DNA of 64,000 bases from Marsupella aquatica (lineage: Eukaryota > Plantae > Marchantiophyta). Each line of letters starts with the position of its first letter. The first letter of the stretch is position 1. Below the pieces are notes generated by a model. It saw only the letters and a list, made by a program, of their open reading frames with translations, did no database searches and was not told where the DNA came from. Below are positions 1 through 11,508 of the stretch, in pieces. The position numbers and the translations under genes were made by a program. The stretch spans positions 16,410,170 to 16,474,169 of the forward strand of contig OZ316895.1 of assembly GCA_973895155.1 (NCBI GenBank), in the 5' to 3' direction.

Positions 1-625
1 CCATGATTTCACCCAAACGGCTCTAACTAGGATCGACGGACCTAAGTGGCCATCGAGTGGCTACCCTAACCCTTGCTCTCCCCCCCTCCCTGTCCACCTC
101 CTGCTCACACAAACAATTTGAAATTTTCCCTCAAAACTCTATGAAACCCACATGTTGCCCCTAAACCATGTTTATGCAAGGGAGTGCCACGTGGACCAAT
201 TAAAGGTTGACGCGTGTCACTAGTATATTTTCTTTCTCAACATACCCTATCTTAAACGTACAACTTATATTGAAGAATTGAGTTTTTACCCATCCCTACC
301 AAACTTCTAAGTTGCACTATTTATTTTTATACCCCTAAAGTTCTTCAACAAAACTTCTTAAGTCTTCCGCGACATCGAATTAAAAAACCCTATACTTAGT
401 CGCGCGTGATGGGTTGGAAGGAAATAAGTGAGGACCCCGAGTCAGTCGTTCTACTAGAGCTCCTACCAGGTATGATCAATGGGCAGACTCATCTAAGCTA
501 GATGATATTGACATTGCACCTGATGATGATGATATGGCTTTGATCTTGGAAGAGGGAGAGTCTTCTTCGTACAGTGAGGCTTGTGCTTCAGAGCAGAAGC
601 ATGAGTGGAATGCAGCAATGCAGAG

Positions 626-670
626 AGTTTGGTGTTTGAGGTCCCGGCCGGGGACCTCAAACACCAAACT
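626..670. repeat. Perfect 20-bp inverted repeat with 5-nt loop
   Basis: agtttggtgtttgaggtccc (626-645) and gggacctcaaacaccaaact (651-670) are exact reverse complements. Confidence 0.97.
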
Positions 671-1588
671 ACAGGGCCCAAACTCTATCGCTCTAATTCC
701 GGCTTACAAACTATTAAAAAAAGTCTACATGAACTACCTATATTTGACAAAATTGCTACTCACGTTTCAAACGGAAGGAGCTTATATACCAGCTATAGAA
801 TCTGTCCGACACAAACTTACAAACTCCAGGACTGCGGACTCCGATACGCGCCTGGATGGCATGATAAAATTTGAAAAAACCATTGCCAGACTCGAGATGC
901 GTAGCGGAGTCCAGTTAAATTTTTCAAATACATACATATGTATATATATATATAAATGGAAAAAATATATCTACCGGTTTTACGAAAAAAAGAGGTGGAA
1001 GGCCTTCGCCCTCCAGGGCATCGTTCAATAAATTTGAACCTGGTGCAATAAATCCTTCGTAGTTTTGAAAACTGAACCAAACGGCTGTTCCAATTCTGTA
1101 TAGTACTCGGAGAAGGCTTTGTATTTTGAATGGATATCAAGCCTTTTCCTACTATATTCTGCCGACGTGAGGCGCATATTTGCTACATCTTATCTTGGCT
1201 GGGAGTAATCCCGGCATTTAGTTATGAATCCATCTCAGGTAAGCTTACATGCATATAATTTGTATCGAAAACGAAAACACCCAAATTTATCTACCTTATA
1301 GCAAAATAAATCTTATTGGACCCTTGTCTGTAAATCCACTTTTACGAAGTTGGCCGTGATGGCGACCTCGACTCCTACCGCCCTTAGGCTCGTTTCTAGC
1401 TCCTTTTGAACCAGGTTCAAGAATCTGTTGTCTCAAATTTTTTGCCGCATGAGGCCTATAAGCACTTGCTTATCTATTTTATTGAAGCATTGCGTTTCAC
1501 CTTCTACGAACCAAACAGTACCCACAAAGTCACAACGTATCTGCTTCAAGCAGGTATGTTGGGAGCGGCCCGGTCAAAATCCATGAGA

Positions 1589-1684
1589 TCCTTAGGTGTA
1601 AAATGTGATGCTGTACCTGGTCGTTTGAATCAAACTTCCATTTTTATTAAACGAGAGGGTGTTAAATACTATGGCCAGTGCAGT
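1589..1684 (+). pseudogene. cox2: Mitochondrial cytochrome c oxidase subunit 2 fragment (part of CuA domain)
   Basis: Translates [32 protein letters not shown], matching plant COX2 with one extra Lys. The flanks are not cox2. Confidence 0.9.
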
Positions 1685-1861
1685 TGGAAAGCATAATCCG
1701 TTTTTAACCAAAGCGGTTTGCTAGGGGCAAAACCACAACAAACACGGCTGATGATAAAATACCAGCTAGAGACACGTGGATTATCTCAGGCAACAGCCCG
1801 AGACCCTTTAAGAGGTTCGTAGAAACTATTTCATGGAAGTTCAAAGCGGCTAGTTTAAGAG

Positions 1862-3363
1862 GGAGTTGCAATCTCTGAGTGACAACAAGACATGGAAGCT
1901 GGTGGAGCTTCCAAGGGGTCAGCAAGTGGTGGACAGCAAGTGAATTTACAAGTTGAACGACAGTCCTTCAGAGGGTGGAGACAAGATCTACAAGGCAAGG
2001 CTTGTTGCCAAGGGATTCACTCAGGAGAAAGGAGTGGATTACAATGAGGTCTTTTCACCGTGGCTAAGTTTCCACAATTCGGATCTTGTGTCAGCTTGTT
2101 GTGTTTTTTGGTCTAGTGATGGATCAGATGGATGTTGTTACTGCTTTTCTCTATGTCAACTTGGAAGAGATGATCTTCATGAGACAGCTAGTAGGCTTTA
2201 TGAAGAAGGGCCAAGAGAACTTAGTTTGCAGATTGCTCAAGTCCTTATATGGATTGAAGCAATCTCCCAGACAGTGGAACAAACGGTTTGATGATTTCAT
2301 GCTTGCTCAAGCTTTTACAAGGATGGTGTATGATCCTTGTGTGTATACGAAATCAGTCAAGAATGATGTGTTTGGTTTCATCATTCTGGTTATCTATGTG
2401 GATGACATGCTGATTGTGGCTAAAGATCAATCTGAGGTTGACAATCTCAAGGAAAAATTGAGTTTTGAATTCAGGATGAAGGATCTTGGTAAGGCCAAGA
2501 GGATCTTAGGTATGGAGATTTTTAGGAACTCTGATACTGAACAGTTGTGTTTGAGTCAAGGCAAGTATGCGAGGAAGGTACTTGCACGATTCAACATGGA
2601 TAAATGTAAGCTAGTGAGTATTCCTTTAGCTTCACATTTCAAGTTATCATCGACTTTCTCTTCTACGGATGTTGTGGAGAAAGGTTTGATGGCTAAGATT
2701 CCTTATGAGAAGGAAGTAGGCAGTCTGATGTATTTGATGACTTGTACTAGGCCTGACTTGGCCCTAGCAATGGGCAAGGTCAGAAGATTCATGTCAAATC
2801 CAGGGAAGGTACATTGGGAAGCTATGAAATGGATTCTCAAGTATCTGAAGGGAACACATGACTATGGATTACTATTTGATGCCAGATCAGATAGAACCTT
2901 AGTTGACTATGTAGATTCTGACTATGGAAGCTGTTTGGACACAAGGAGATCTACAATTGGGTATGTATTTACTCTTGGAGGAGGATGTATCAGTTGAAAA
3001 TCTACCTTACAAAAGTGTATATCTTAGTCTACTACAGAAGCAGAGTATGTTGCAGCAGTAGACGCAGCAAAGGAAGCAATTTGGTTGGACAAGTTGATCG
3101 CGGAGATGGGTTTAGAGCATGGCAAAATATCTCTAAACTGTGATAGTCAGAGTGCTCTTCACTTGGCTGCTAACCAGGTGATGGATAGCAAGGTGAAGCA
3201 CATTGATATCAAGTACCATTTTATCAGGCAAGTAGTGTCTGATAAAACTTTTGAGCTAGTCAAGATTGAAGGAAAGCTCAATCCCGCTGATGCCTTTACC
3301 AAAGTGATTCCTTTGGAGAGCTTCTCAAGACACCGTGCTACTTTGCAGGTTTTGCAGTTGTAA
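1862..3363 (+). pseudogene. Copia reverse transcriptase-RNase H pseudogene
   Basis: ORFs 1953-2291, 2086-2997 and 3085-3363 are consecutive parts of copia pol, broken by TGG->TGA and CAG->TAG type stops and a frameshift. Confidence 0.95.
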
Positions 3364-3570
3364 TGCAAGTAGAGTTATTTAGCAATGTGTGACTATTTGT
3401 ATATGGATTACTCATTCCAGTTTGACTACGGCTTAGTTCTAGTTAACCCTTAGTTAACCCTTGTGGTTTTTAGGGGGAGACTTGTTTAGGTGATTGTCTA
3501 GAACTTCCCGTTGAGGATTCCATATGGTAGCAATTAGTCCAATCCCCAAGACAAGAGTCAAAGGGGAGTT

Positions 3571-3964
3571 TGTTAGATATTGCTCTAGTCTTGTGACTCA
3601 TGAGCTAACCACAATTAGGCTAACTCGGTTAGGACTTAGCTAATGTTAGCGATAGTGCTGTTGTGAATATAGCCAGGGCTGATACCAGACCCTGGTGGAA
3701 CTTAAGGCTCATTGTTACGGAGCTAGTTGAGAGATAGGGAGAGCTTGTGCTGTAGATGCTTGGTATGGCCGGTTGGCCTAGAGTGCAGTAAAACTCTTGT
3801 GTGTTCCCATGGACGTAGCCTCATGTGGAGGTGAACCACGTATCTCTCTATGTCAACTCTTGTGCGTTGGATGGTTCATGGGCTTGCAGTTGCGAATGTC
3901 GTCCTTGCTCAATAGCACAATCGAACACACAAGTCAAAGATTCCCGGTAAACTCATTTGTCACA
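3571..3964 (+). repeat. 3' LTR of the copia element
   Basis: Begins TGTTAG right after the polypurine tract AAAGGGGAG (~3560-3568). The CA end at 3964 is estimated because no 5' LTR is present for comparison. Confidence 0.7.
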
Positions 3965-5087
3965 ACCCCTTGGGTCCCTCTCTTAGATGGTGCCCGCCCT
4001 GCCCTTTGCATTTTGGTGATCAAAAAATGACTTATTATTATTTTTAAATATTAAATCTTTTGTCTTTAAAGGGCTTTGATGAGCCTGCAAAAGGTGATGA
4101 CACATGAATTTGACTTATGAACCTTGAACTGCAAGCGGGATCCAAGCCTCCCTTGTCACAATGGAGACTCCTCTTGTGGGACTGTCTGCTAGCATGTGAA
4201 GTAACTTTGCAGTTATGAGGATTCCCGCACCAGAGGTAGCATTCAGAAATGTGTAGGGTAAACCATGGCCCCAAGGAGATTAGGGGATATAATTTCCAAG
4301 GTTGTTGAGCCGGCCTGAGGGAGTTACCACCATGGCCCAATTGGCCGTGGACTATCGTGCAGAACCCAAGTGTAAGTACGTTTGCTCTATTTTTTTTCTT
4401 GAAAAAAGCACCTGAAATTGGATAACCCTTCAGGCTGGCTAGCCAAGGGGCAAAATTCTCAGGAGGGTCATGGCTCATAACCAGCCATAGATATACAATG
4501 AGAGAATCACAAGAGGAGTTTATGTGAAGACATTCACCTTCATGCCTTTTGTACACCACGGGCACATTGAATGGCAGGACCCAAAGTTCATAACAAGCCA
4601 TAGAAATGCAGGGAGAAAACTATACAAGGGCTTTATGTGAAGACTTGATAAATGCCCTTCCTGATTCTAATGCCCTTTGTATTTCTCAGTGCATTGCTGG
4701 AGGAGAATGCCCTATCAGGATTTGGATCACCTCTACTTTTACCAAAATCAATGCGAATAAAAATCTCCCAGGTCTTTATTAAGTGTATAATTAAGGTCCT
4801 GTTTTTGGGCCTGTAAGTGTATTAGGCTCTTGCTTCTAGGAAGTTATGGTGAATAATAGCCCCTCAAAACTTGAACTGAAGCATTTGGTTCTGAGTCTCT
4901 ACATTCACTCCCGGCTTTCACTAGAATTAATTTCTCAGGCCTTTAACTCGAGCTGAATCCCACAATGCTCTTTAAACAGTTCATCACTAGCCAGGGTGTC
5001 TCAAAGCCCGACATTAACAAGATAAGACCTTCTCGTTGTCCTGGGAATAGTGAGCTCTCAAGAACACGTCGGGTGTCTGGCTGCATG

Positions 5088-6395
5088 TGCTAATAATGCT
5101 ACTTATCACTTGTAAGAGACCTCATGCTTAGAACCAATTTCCTTGAGAGCCTTGTCCCCTCCCGACCATTTCTCAAGTTCCTTGGGTTCCCCTGTGTCTC
5201 TTGCGGTTTTCTCCAGATAAGCTGGGTGGGAAGGGCGTACCCTTTTCCACAAGGACTCCTAAGCACTTTTGGTACCAAGAGACATGTGTGATCTACTCTA
5301 GATATTGGCAATAACACCAGAGTAGTCGGGGCCAGGCCCACACTCCACAAATCTCTCCTCCAAATGATAATCTTCTCTACGTGCCTCTATCAACTCTCGG
5401 CTATGATCTCTCTTATATTACACTATTATGAACACACTCACATCCCCATCTGTGCATCTATACAGTATTAATGCATCTGACGATGCGGTAATCGCAATGT
5501 ATCCTTCTTTCCCAAACTTCTGTGTCAGAACCTGCCTAATATCTACCTTCCTCTTTACTATCAACTTAATGCTCACCGTAGAACGTAAATTCAAAATCTG
5601 CGGACTCTCATATATTCAAATCGATATTGACATTCATACTTCCTATATGCTTTCTAACTAAGAGAGGTTCAGCGGCAGAGCCGTCCCTACTTGATCACAG
5701 GTTCGTGGATATTATATCTATGGTATTGGCGGCATAGCCGACCTTGCTAGATTCAAAGTTCCATCTTCAAGGTACTCGAGTGGTGGCAATGCCTTCCATG
5801 ACCAAGAATCAAGAAACTTAGAATCCTTCCACTATAGAAACCGGCGGCATAGCCATTCCGTTTAGTCCTAGAACCGATGCTCAAGCATTTCTCCAATGCA
5901 AATGCACTCTATGCACTCTCTATTCTCATGCTCATACGCTGAAAATGTTGGAAAAATGGACTTCCCTAGGAGGGCGAGCCTCCCTCTTATTTATAGTTGA
6001 AGTCAGGCTACGCTGGTCCCTTTACAAGAGTATCCTAGAAGATACTAGAAGTTACTAGAAGTTACTAGATTTTACTATTTACCCATGATAAATTCTATAA
6101 CTTACTTTTTATCATGGTAAATTCTAGAAGTTACCAAAATTTATCTTTTTACTATGGTAAATACAAAAAATTACTATTTACTATGGTAGATTCTAGAAGT
6201 TACTAGATTTTACCTTTTTACTATAGTAATTTCAGAAAATTACCAAGACTTATAATTTTACTTTGGTGAAAACTAAAATCTACTGTTTACCACAAAAACC
6301 CCTACTTTTATATTTTCACACAAAACCAAGCTATTCTCCATATAATCTAATTTCCTTACGACACCGTAACTAAGTATTCCGGGATCTCCCATACA
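5088..6395 (-). mobile_element. Putative solo LTR
   Basis: TG...CA ends flanked by CATG (5084-5087) and CGTG (6396-6399). Minus-strand CTATAAATAAGAGG TATA-like box near 5985. Internal ~57-bp GGCGGCATAGCC repeats (5670-5860) and AT-rich TTACTAGAAG repeats (6035-6290). Confidence 0.45.
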
Positions 6396-7002
6396 CGTGT
6401 TGGGGGCCAATCTCTGGCTACTGTAAGGGAAAGCTTGAGGGCTCAACACTGAACCATAAAGTTGCAGATCCAGAAATCCAGAAATCCAGGGCTCCAAAAC
6501 TCTGGAGATCGGTGACTGAAGGCATCATGCCTGATGTGGTGATGGTTGTTACATTTGAGGTGGCCGCTGATCAAGAATGAACGGAAATGATATATGCTAT
6601 GAAATAGAGGTGACATCGTGACTCCTACCTTAAGGGGTGGGTCAATGCTATCTCCCCCCATTCTTTATGAGGCCCATAACCGGAGTTACATGATAACCAC
6701 AAATCTGTAACTTTCAACAACAATGCCCTAATATGTAGTACACCCTTATGCCCTTCGGCCACCATGGGCTCATTGAATGGCAGGACCTAACCTTTTTTCG
6801 TGCGCAAAAATTGCCAAAAACAAGCTAGAAAAGGGGCTGGCTAATGATACTAGGGTTAAGTTTTGGAATAAATGACAGCCATTCACCACATAAGGATCAA
6901 GAGTTGGCATCATTTGCCAGCAAGCCCTAGGCAAGGTAAGGGTTGTTTGCCTGCTGCCCATTACCATACAATGTACATAGTGGTTGACAATGAGCTAGCA
7001 TA

Positions 7003-7325
7003 GCTATTCAAGTTACCATTCACCACCTGAGCTACCAGAGCTATTCAAGTTACCATTCGCCACCTGAGTGTGCTCCTCAACTTTGGGATTACCACTGAAG
7101 TTACTCTCAACCAGAATCTATCAGCCAGTTGGTGGCAACCCAAAACACATGAAATGCAATAGTCAACTTTACTGACTCCATAGGCCAGCCAATAGACAGC
7201 CACCTTGGCTAATTTTTAAAATACAGAAAAAAAAATCAACCCAAAGCACATGAAATGCAATAGCCAACTTTCCCTACTCCATAGGCCAGCCACCTTGGCT
7301 AATTTTTAAAATACAGAAAAAAAAT
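7003..7325. repeat. Local tandem duplications (~29-bp core x2 and ~85-105-bp unit x2)
   Basis: gctattcaagttaccattc.ccacctgag at 7003 and 7040; acatgaaatgcaatag...ccaccttggctaatttttaaaatacagaaaa at ~7147 and ~7248. Confidence 0.85.
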
Positions 7326-7758
7326 GGCTGGCTAGACCCCATAGGCAGCAAAAACTGCCAAAAAAAAAAAATGCCAGGAAGGTTCGTCAACAATCGAATC
7401 CATGCATCCAAACAAAGTGGAATATACTCTTTGGAGATTCATAGGAATTGCCTCCGAGTAACATGAGTTGATGTTTTCTGTCACTTTACAGAAAGAAATA
7501 AAGCCTCAGACAAGCGTTACTTTTGCGAACAAAACACAAAAGCGCAATATAAGATGATTAAAGAAACTGCATGTGAGCTTTTCTGCGCCAATCGAGATTG
7601 GGAAACTCCGGAACATTCCCTCTTCCTTCCGTACTCTAACGTAGAAACAGACCGACCTTCTTATCGAATCGCAACGTCGCAGAGCAAAATGCTTCTGCAG
7701 AGCGATGAAAAGGCGCACGATTTTGCATGGAGGCAAGAAAACCACGAGCTCAGGACTT

Positions 7759-8076
7759 GATGAAAAGCAAACTGCATGCGTTGATGAATCCGTGAGTAAC
7801 ATTTGGGGAAGGACCGCCGACGACGGAGCAATGGATAAATCGGATGACGACGAGTCCCGGACAGCAAAGCTTTTCGGGGGCGGACGAAACAGCAAGATAC
7901 TACAAGTTCACCACAAGTTCACCACAAGTCCACGACTGATGAAAAGCAAAGTGCATGCATTGATGAATCTCAATCCGTGATGGTAGTAGAATGGAGCGAC
8001 GAAGACGGGGGCACTGGATAAATCGGATGGCGACGAGTCCGGAACAGCAAAGCTTCCGGAGGACGGACGAAACAGC
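7759..8076. repeat. Diverged direct repeat, ~135 bp x2
   Basis: tgatgaaaagcaaa.tgcatgc.ttgatgaatc...tggataaatcggatg.cgacgagtcc..acagcaaagctt...ggacgaaacagca at 7759 and 7938. Confidence 0.85.
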
Positions 8077-8475
8077 AGCAGCAGCAATGGGATCTTCCTC
8101 GCGAGTCTGTGGCAGAGAATGGTGCAGCCGCGGTGGGATCTTCGTCGTCGGGAGCGCTGGTCGTGCTGGACGATTCGTGGGCGAGAAGGAGAACTGGAAA
8201 TGCGAGGTGCAGTGCTGCATCAGCGACGGGATCTTCGTCGCGGACCGATTCGTGGCAGGGATCGTCTCGTCTCGACGGTCTCGTGCAGAATGACGACAGT
8301 ATCCCGTGCTCATCATCAGTCTCATCATCTCATGTCGGGAGCTCAGAGGTTGGACTCCATAGATTTCTTCACTAGATTGATTTTCTGTGGAGTATGTACA
8401 GCAAACGGCGCCTTTCGCGGGAAACACGACAATGGAATCTCCTGCCGTCGGGCAAAACGAAATTGCACTTCACTT

Positions 8476-9230
8476 TCTCTAAGTGCACCTTCCTGGGAAG
8501 GAGCATCCGGTGTGCACTAAACTGGGGTTTGCACTACGTGATAAGTGCGAAGTGCAAACTTGTAGGTGTGCACTACGTGATAAGTGCGAAGTGCAAAATT
8601 GTAGGTCTAGCTTGATTACCACTAGATTACCCATTCCCGAGAAGAAGCTAGCATCCGGTGTGCACTATGTGATAAGTGCAAACTTGCAGGTGTGCAGTAT
8701 GTGATAACCTCATACCTGTATAACTAGCCTCATTACCCATTCCTTGAACCTAAATAGAGGAGAAGAGAAAACGTAAAAACCTTGCACAACAAGGATTCTC
8801 CCTTGTTTAGTGTCCATCTTTGCCCTCATCCCTCAGCACCCTCACTTTCATCTATGCCCATGCTCTTACTTAAGAGTCATGGTCTAGAGGATCCCACATT
8901 ATTAGTTAGATTGAGACATCCTCTGTGAGTGAGCAGTCTAGTGATCAATCCAAATTGTGCCTTCCTGCCCTAAATTTGGTGAACTCCATAAATTCACTGA
9001 TTACTCTACCAAAAAAGGGCATGCACTTCATCAGTAAACGCAATTTGATCAGACTGCACTTATTGATAAGTGAGCATGCACACTATGAAGCTACTTCACT
9101 AATAAAGTTGTCATTTAGCCAAAAAAAAGTATACTTTCAGCAAGCCTGTCCATTTTTGTCGGTTCCCAATTGCAGGTTATGCAGGGTACGTTTGTGGGGT
9201 CTTTGCCGCAGCAAATGTGAACCTGCAAAC
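8476..9230 (+). mobile_element. Dispersed repeat family A, copy 1 (putative DNA-transposon subterminal region with TGCACTACGTGATAAGTGC repeats)
   Basis: tctctaagtgcac...gcatccggtgtgcact...gggtttgcac...gtgataagtgc matches the reverse complement of 52261-52331. Similarity resumes around 9000-9090 versus 52035-52110. Confidence 0.6.
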
Positions 9231-9491
9231 TTCCACAGACCACAGACGGATGTGTCAAACGTAAGGCAAACCCGTGCTCAATTCACATGTCACTTGTTCA
9301 CTCTTCACAGATTGCAATGTCCAAAAGAATTGAAACACAGGAGCTCCTTGTGTTCACCGAAACAGGTTGAAGCTGTTGTACGAAAGGAACGTCGCTGAGA
9401 GGAACGCTATCCTACGTTTGAGGCAAGGTGTGGTCTACACACATTCGAGAGTTCTCCTTCATTAATCGCTTCCCTACCAAGTTGCTGTGAA

Positions 9492-10243
9492 CTAATAGTG
9501 TTTTGTCTTACGGACCAAAGCAGCTTGCTTTGATTGGATGACTTTAGCCATGATGACTTGCAACACCAGATTGAGGCAAATTATTACCAGAATTTTTTGT
9601 TCTCCTCCTATCAGGCTGCATCGTGATGAAAAGAATTGATAAGAGTACAATTTTGCAATCTTAAAATGCATGAACAAAATTCTACAATTGAAATTGGCAG
9701 GGACTGGAACAACAAAAGCTTCCAACCTCTTCACAAGCAGATTCATCAGTGCATTGGTCTTCTCCGTCGAACATTTCTTCTGCCTCACTTTCTTTGTACA
9801 AATAATGGCTCTCACTTGACAAAAATTCTCTAGGTTCCATGATTCAATGTTGCTATGTGTGACTGTATTAGCGTCTTCCCAATTGAACAAAATTGAACAG
9901 GTGAAGTTTGATTTTTCTATTTTTTGGCTATGGTAGATCTCCTGTATGGGCCCATAAACACAAGGACCTGTTTGCTCAAGCTCTCGTCTGTTCGACGCTT
10001 GAAGATCCACCATTGATTCAAAGAAAGGATGAGCTTTACAATCTTCTCCCGTGCAAATCACATATTTCCTCCTGTGAAATTTAGGAGGTATTAGACAGGT
10101 GGCCCTCATTTCTGTCTTTTCTGTGTCCGATCTCTCAAAGTGGGCGTTGTTGACTTTACATGAGGCTGGGCATCGTTTGCTCCAGCCTGGTAGTATGTTT
10201 GCCCCGGTTTACTAATTTTGGTTCATGAAGTGGCCCCTGGCTT
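9492..10243 (-). other. Unassigned ~250-codon stop-free Cys-rich reading frame, possibly TE-borne
   Basis: The frame of ORF 9492-10109 extends upstream without a stop to ~10243. No family recognised. Confidence 0.3.
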
Positions 10244-10484
10244 AGCTTTGGAAGAGGAGGGACTGAATGGCCCCCGCGGTCTTGTAAAGCCCCCCTAAGC
10301 TTTGATAAGCCCTACTAGTGCAATATGAATAACTATAAAGTATTATACAATTATGGAGGCTATGAAAGTGTGTTCTGATGCATAGTCACATGTAATCATT
10401 AGTAGCCATGTACTCTACACCTATATTTTAGTTTTGAAGGGAAACTTCAATATAACCTACAAGGTACGTAAATAATCTCACTAT

Positions 10485-10712
10485 ATAAGTGTGAACAAAG
10501 TATACTCTTAAGGGCCTAGGGTCTAGAGTGAAATCTCTAGACCGTAACCCCAGTACAAACAAAAGTGATCATGAATCTCAATAGAAAAAAACTTAAAATG
10601 AGGATGGACAAAAATGATATTAACTCCAAATAAAAACAAAACTGAAATGGGGGTGGACAGAAAACAAGGATGGGACAAAGATGAACTTAAATAGCATAGA
10701 AATATTATTGTG
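10485..10712 (+). repeat. Dispersed repeat family B, copy 1
   Basis: tactcttaagggcctagggt.tagagtgaa..ctctagacc...tacaaacaaaagtgat.atgaatctcaat is shared with 28713-28920. Confidence 0.8.
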
Positions 10713-11414
10713 CAGATTTTTTTTCCAAATCAGGCTAGTAGTTGCAAAAAAATCTGGTGGGGGTTAATGTGAGAACCTCCTAGAAGCATCCTAGTTCAAA
10801 TATGGGCCCTCCAACTTCTCAATCGACGGTCAAAAAGAAATGACCCATACTTATCCCCCATAATTTTTTTAAGGTTTTTTCTTGTCTCCATCGTCACTAT
10901 GGTATTTTCGTGGCACTATGGCATTTCGATTTTCGTCCATAATGGTGTTTCGTGGCACTATGGTATTTTCATTTTCATCCATTAAAGTTTTAAATGAAAA
11001 ATCCTGTATACACCGAAAAGTCAGTGTTTTACACCAGGATATTTTTCCAGCGTTCGCAAAAACCACGTAATATTTTGCCATTCCTGCCATTAATAGTTAT
11101 TTATTCACAGCCCGAACCGAAATGGCAGTACGGTACTACCGTCATCGTGGATTCGTGGAGCTGGTCACGTCGACCGACGGCGCTACCCCTCCCAGAGGAC
11201 CCAGAGTCCCAACGGTTTAATCCAACGACTAGCGTGAAGCCCTCAGAGCATCCGCGAGATCATAGCCGTACATGAAGATTTGGTGGGCGCTCGGAGAGCC
11301 GTCGGGCAGTCGCGCAGTCAGGCGTGCCAGAGCGTACGTGCAGTGATCTTTTTTCTGCCCGCGGGCAGATACAGTCTGTTGATTGCGACATTCCGTATCG
11401 GTTGACTCTAGAGA

Positions 11415-11508
11415 CGAGAAGAGAAAAGAAAAGAAGAGAAGAGAAAAGAAGAGAAGACTGAAGAGAACAGAAGAGAAACGAGGAGAGGAGAGGAGAGGAG
11501 AGGAGACA
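11415..11508 (+). repeat. GA-rich microsatellite upstream of L-aspartate oxidase
   Basis: Nearly purine-only run of GAAGA/GAAAA/GAGGA units. Confidence 0.9.

Larger units (their letters stand above)
626..1857. other. Insertion of probable mitochondrial origin (NUMT) inside copia pol
   Basis: Removing 626-1857 plus one AGAG copy (622-625 / 1858-1861) restores ATG CAG AGG GAG TTG (MQREL). Contains a cox2 fragment and a terminal palindrome. Confidence 0.8.
447..3964 (+). mobile_element. Degenerate, 5'-truncated Ty1/copia LTR retrotransposon (integrase-RT linker, RT, RNase H, PPT, 3' LTR), interrupted at 626-1857
   Basis: Linker RSTRAPTRYD...EWNAAMQR rejoins ELQSLSDNKTWKLVELP after the insertion. 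RT motifs YKARLVAKGFTQ, LLKSLYGLKQSPRQW and YVDDML; RNase H motifs CDSQSA, KHIDIKYHFIR and NPADAFTK. Inactivated by stops at 1941, 2995 and 3025 and a frameshift near 2060. Confidence 0.95.

Noticed and set aside
534-1031. 165-aa ORF as a gene
   Set aside because: It is a chance fusion of the copia frame with the inserted DNA across the 625/626 junction.
1684-1700. cox2 similarity ends at GQCS, near a known cox2 group II intron position
   Set aside because: The following bases (TGGAAAGC) lack the GTGCG intron start.
1745-1830. CTGATGA ... GAAAC suggesting a hammerhead ribozyme or retrozyme in the insertion
   Set aside because: Stem II closes with only two pairs, no convincing stems I/III were found, and there are no terminal direct repeats.
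7506-8520. Cluster of overlapping ORFs on both strands
   Set aside because: Explained by GC-rich repeated sequence with few stops; no family motifs.
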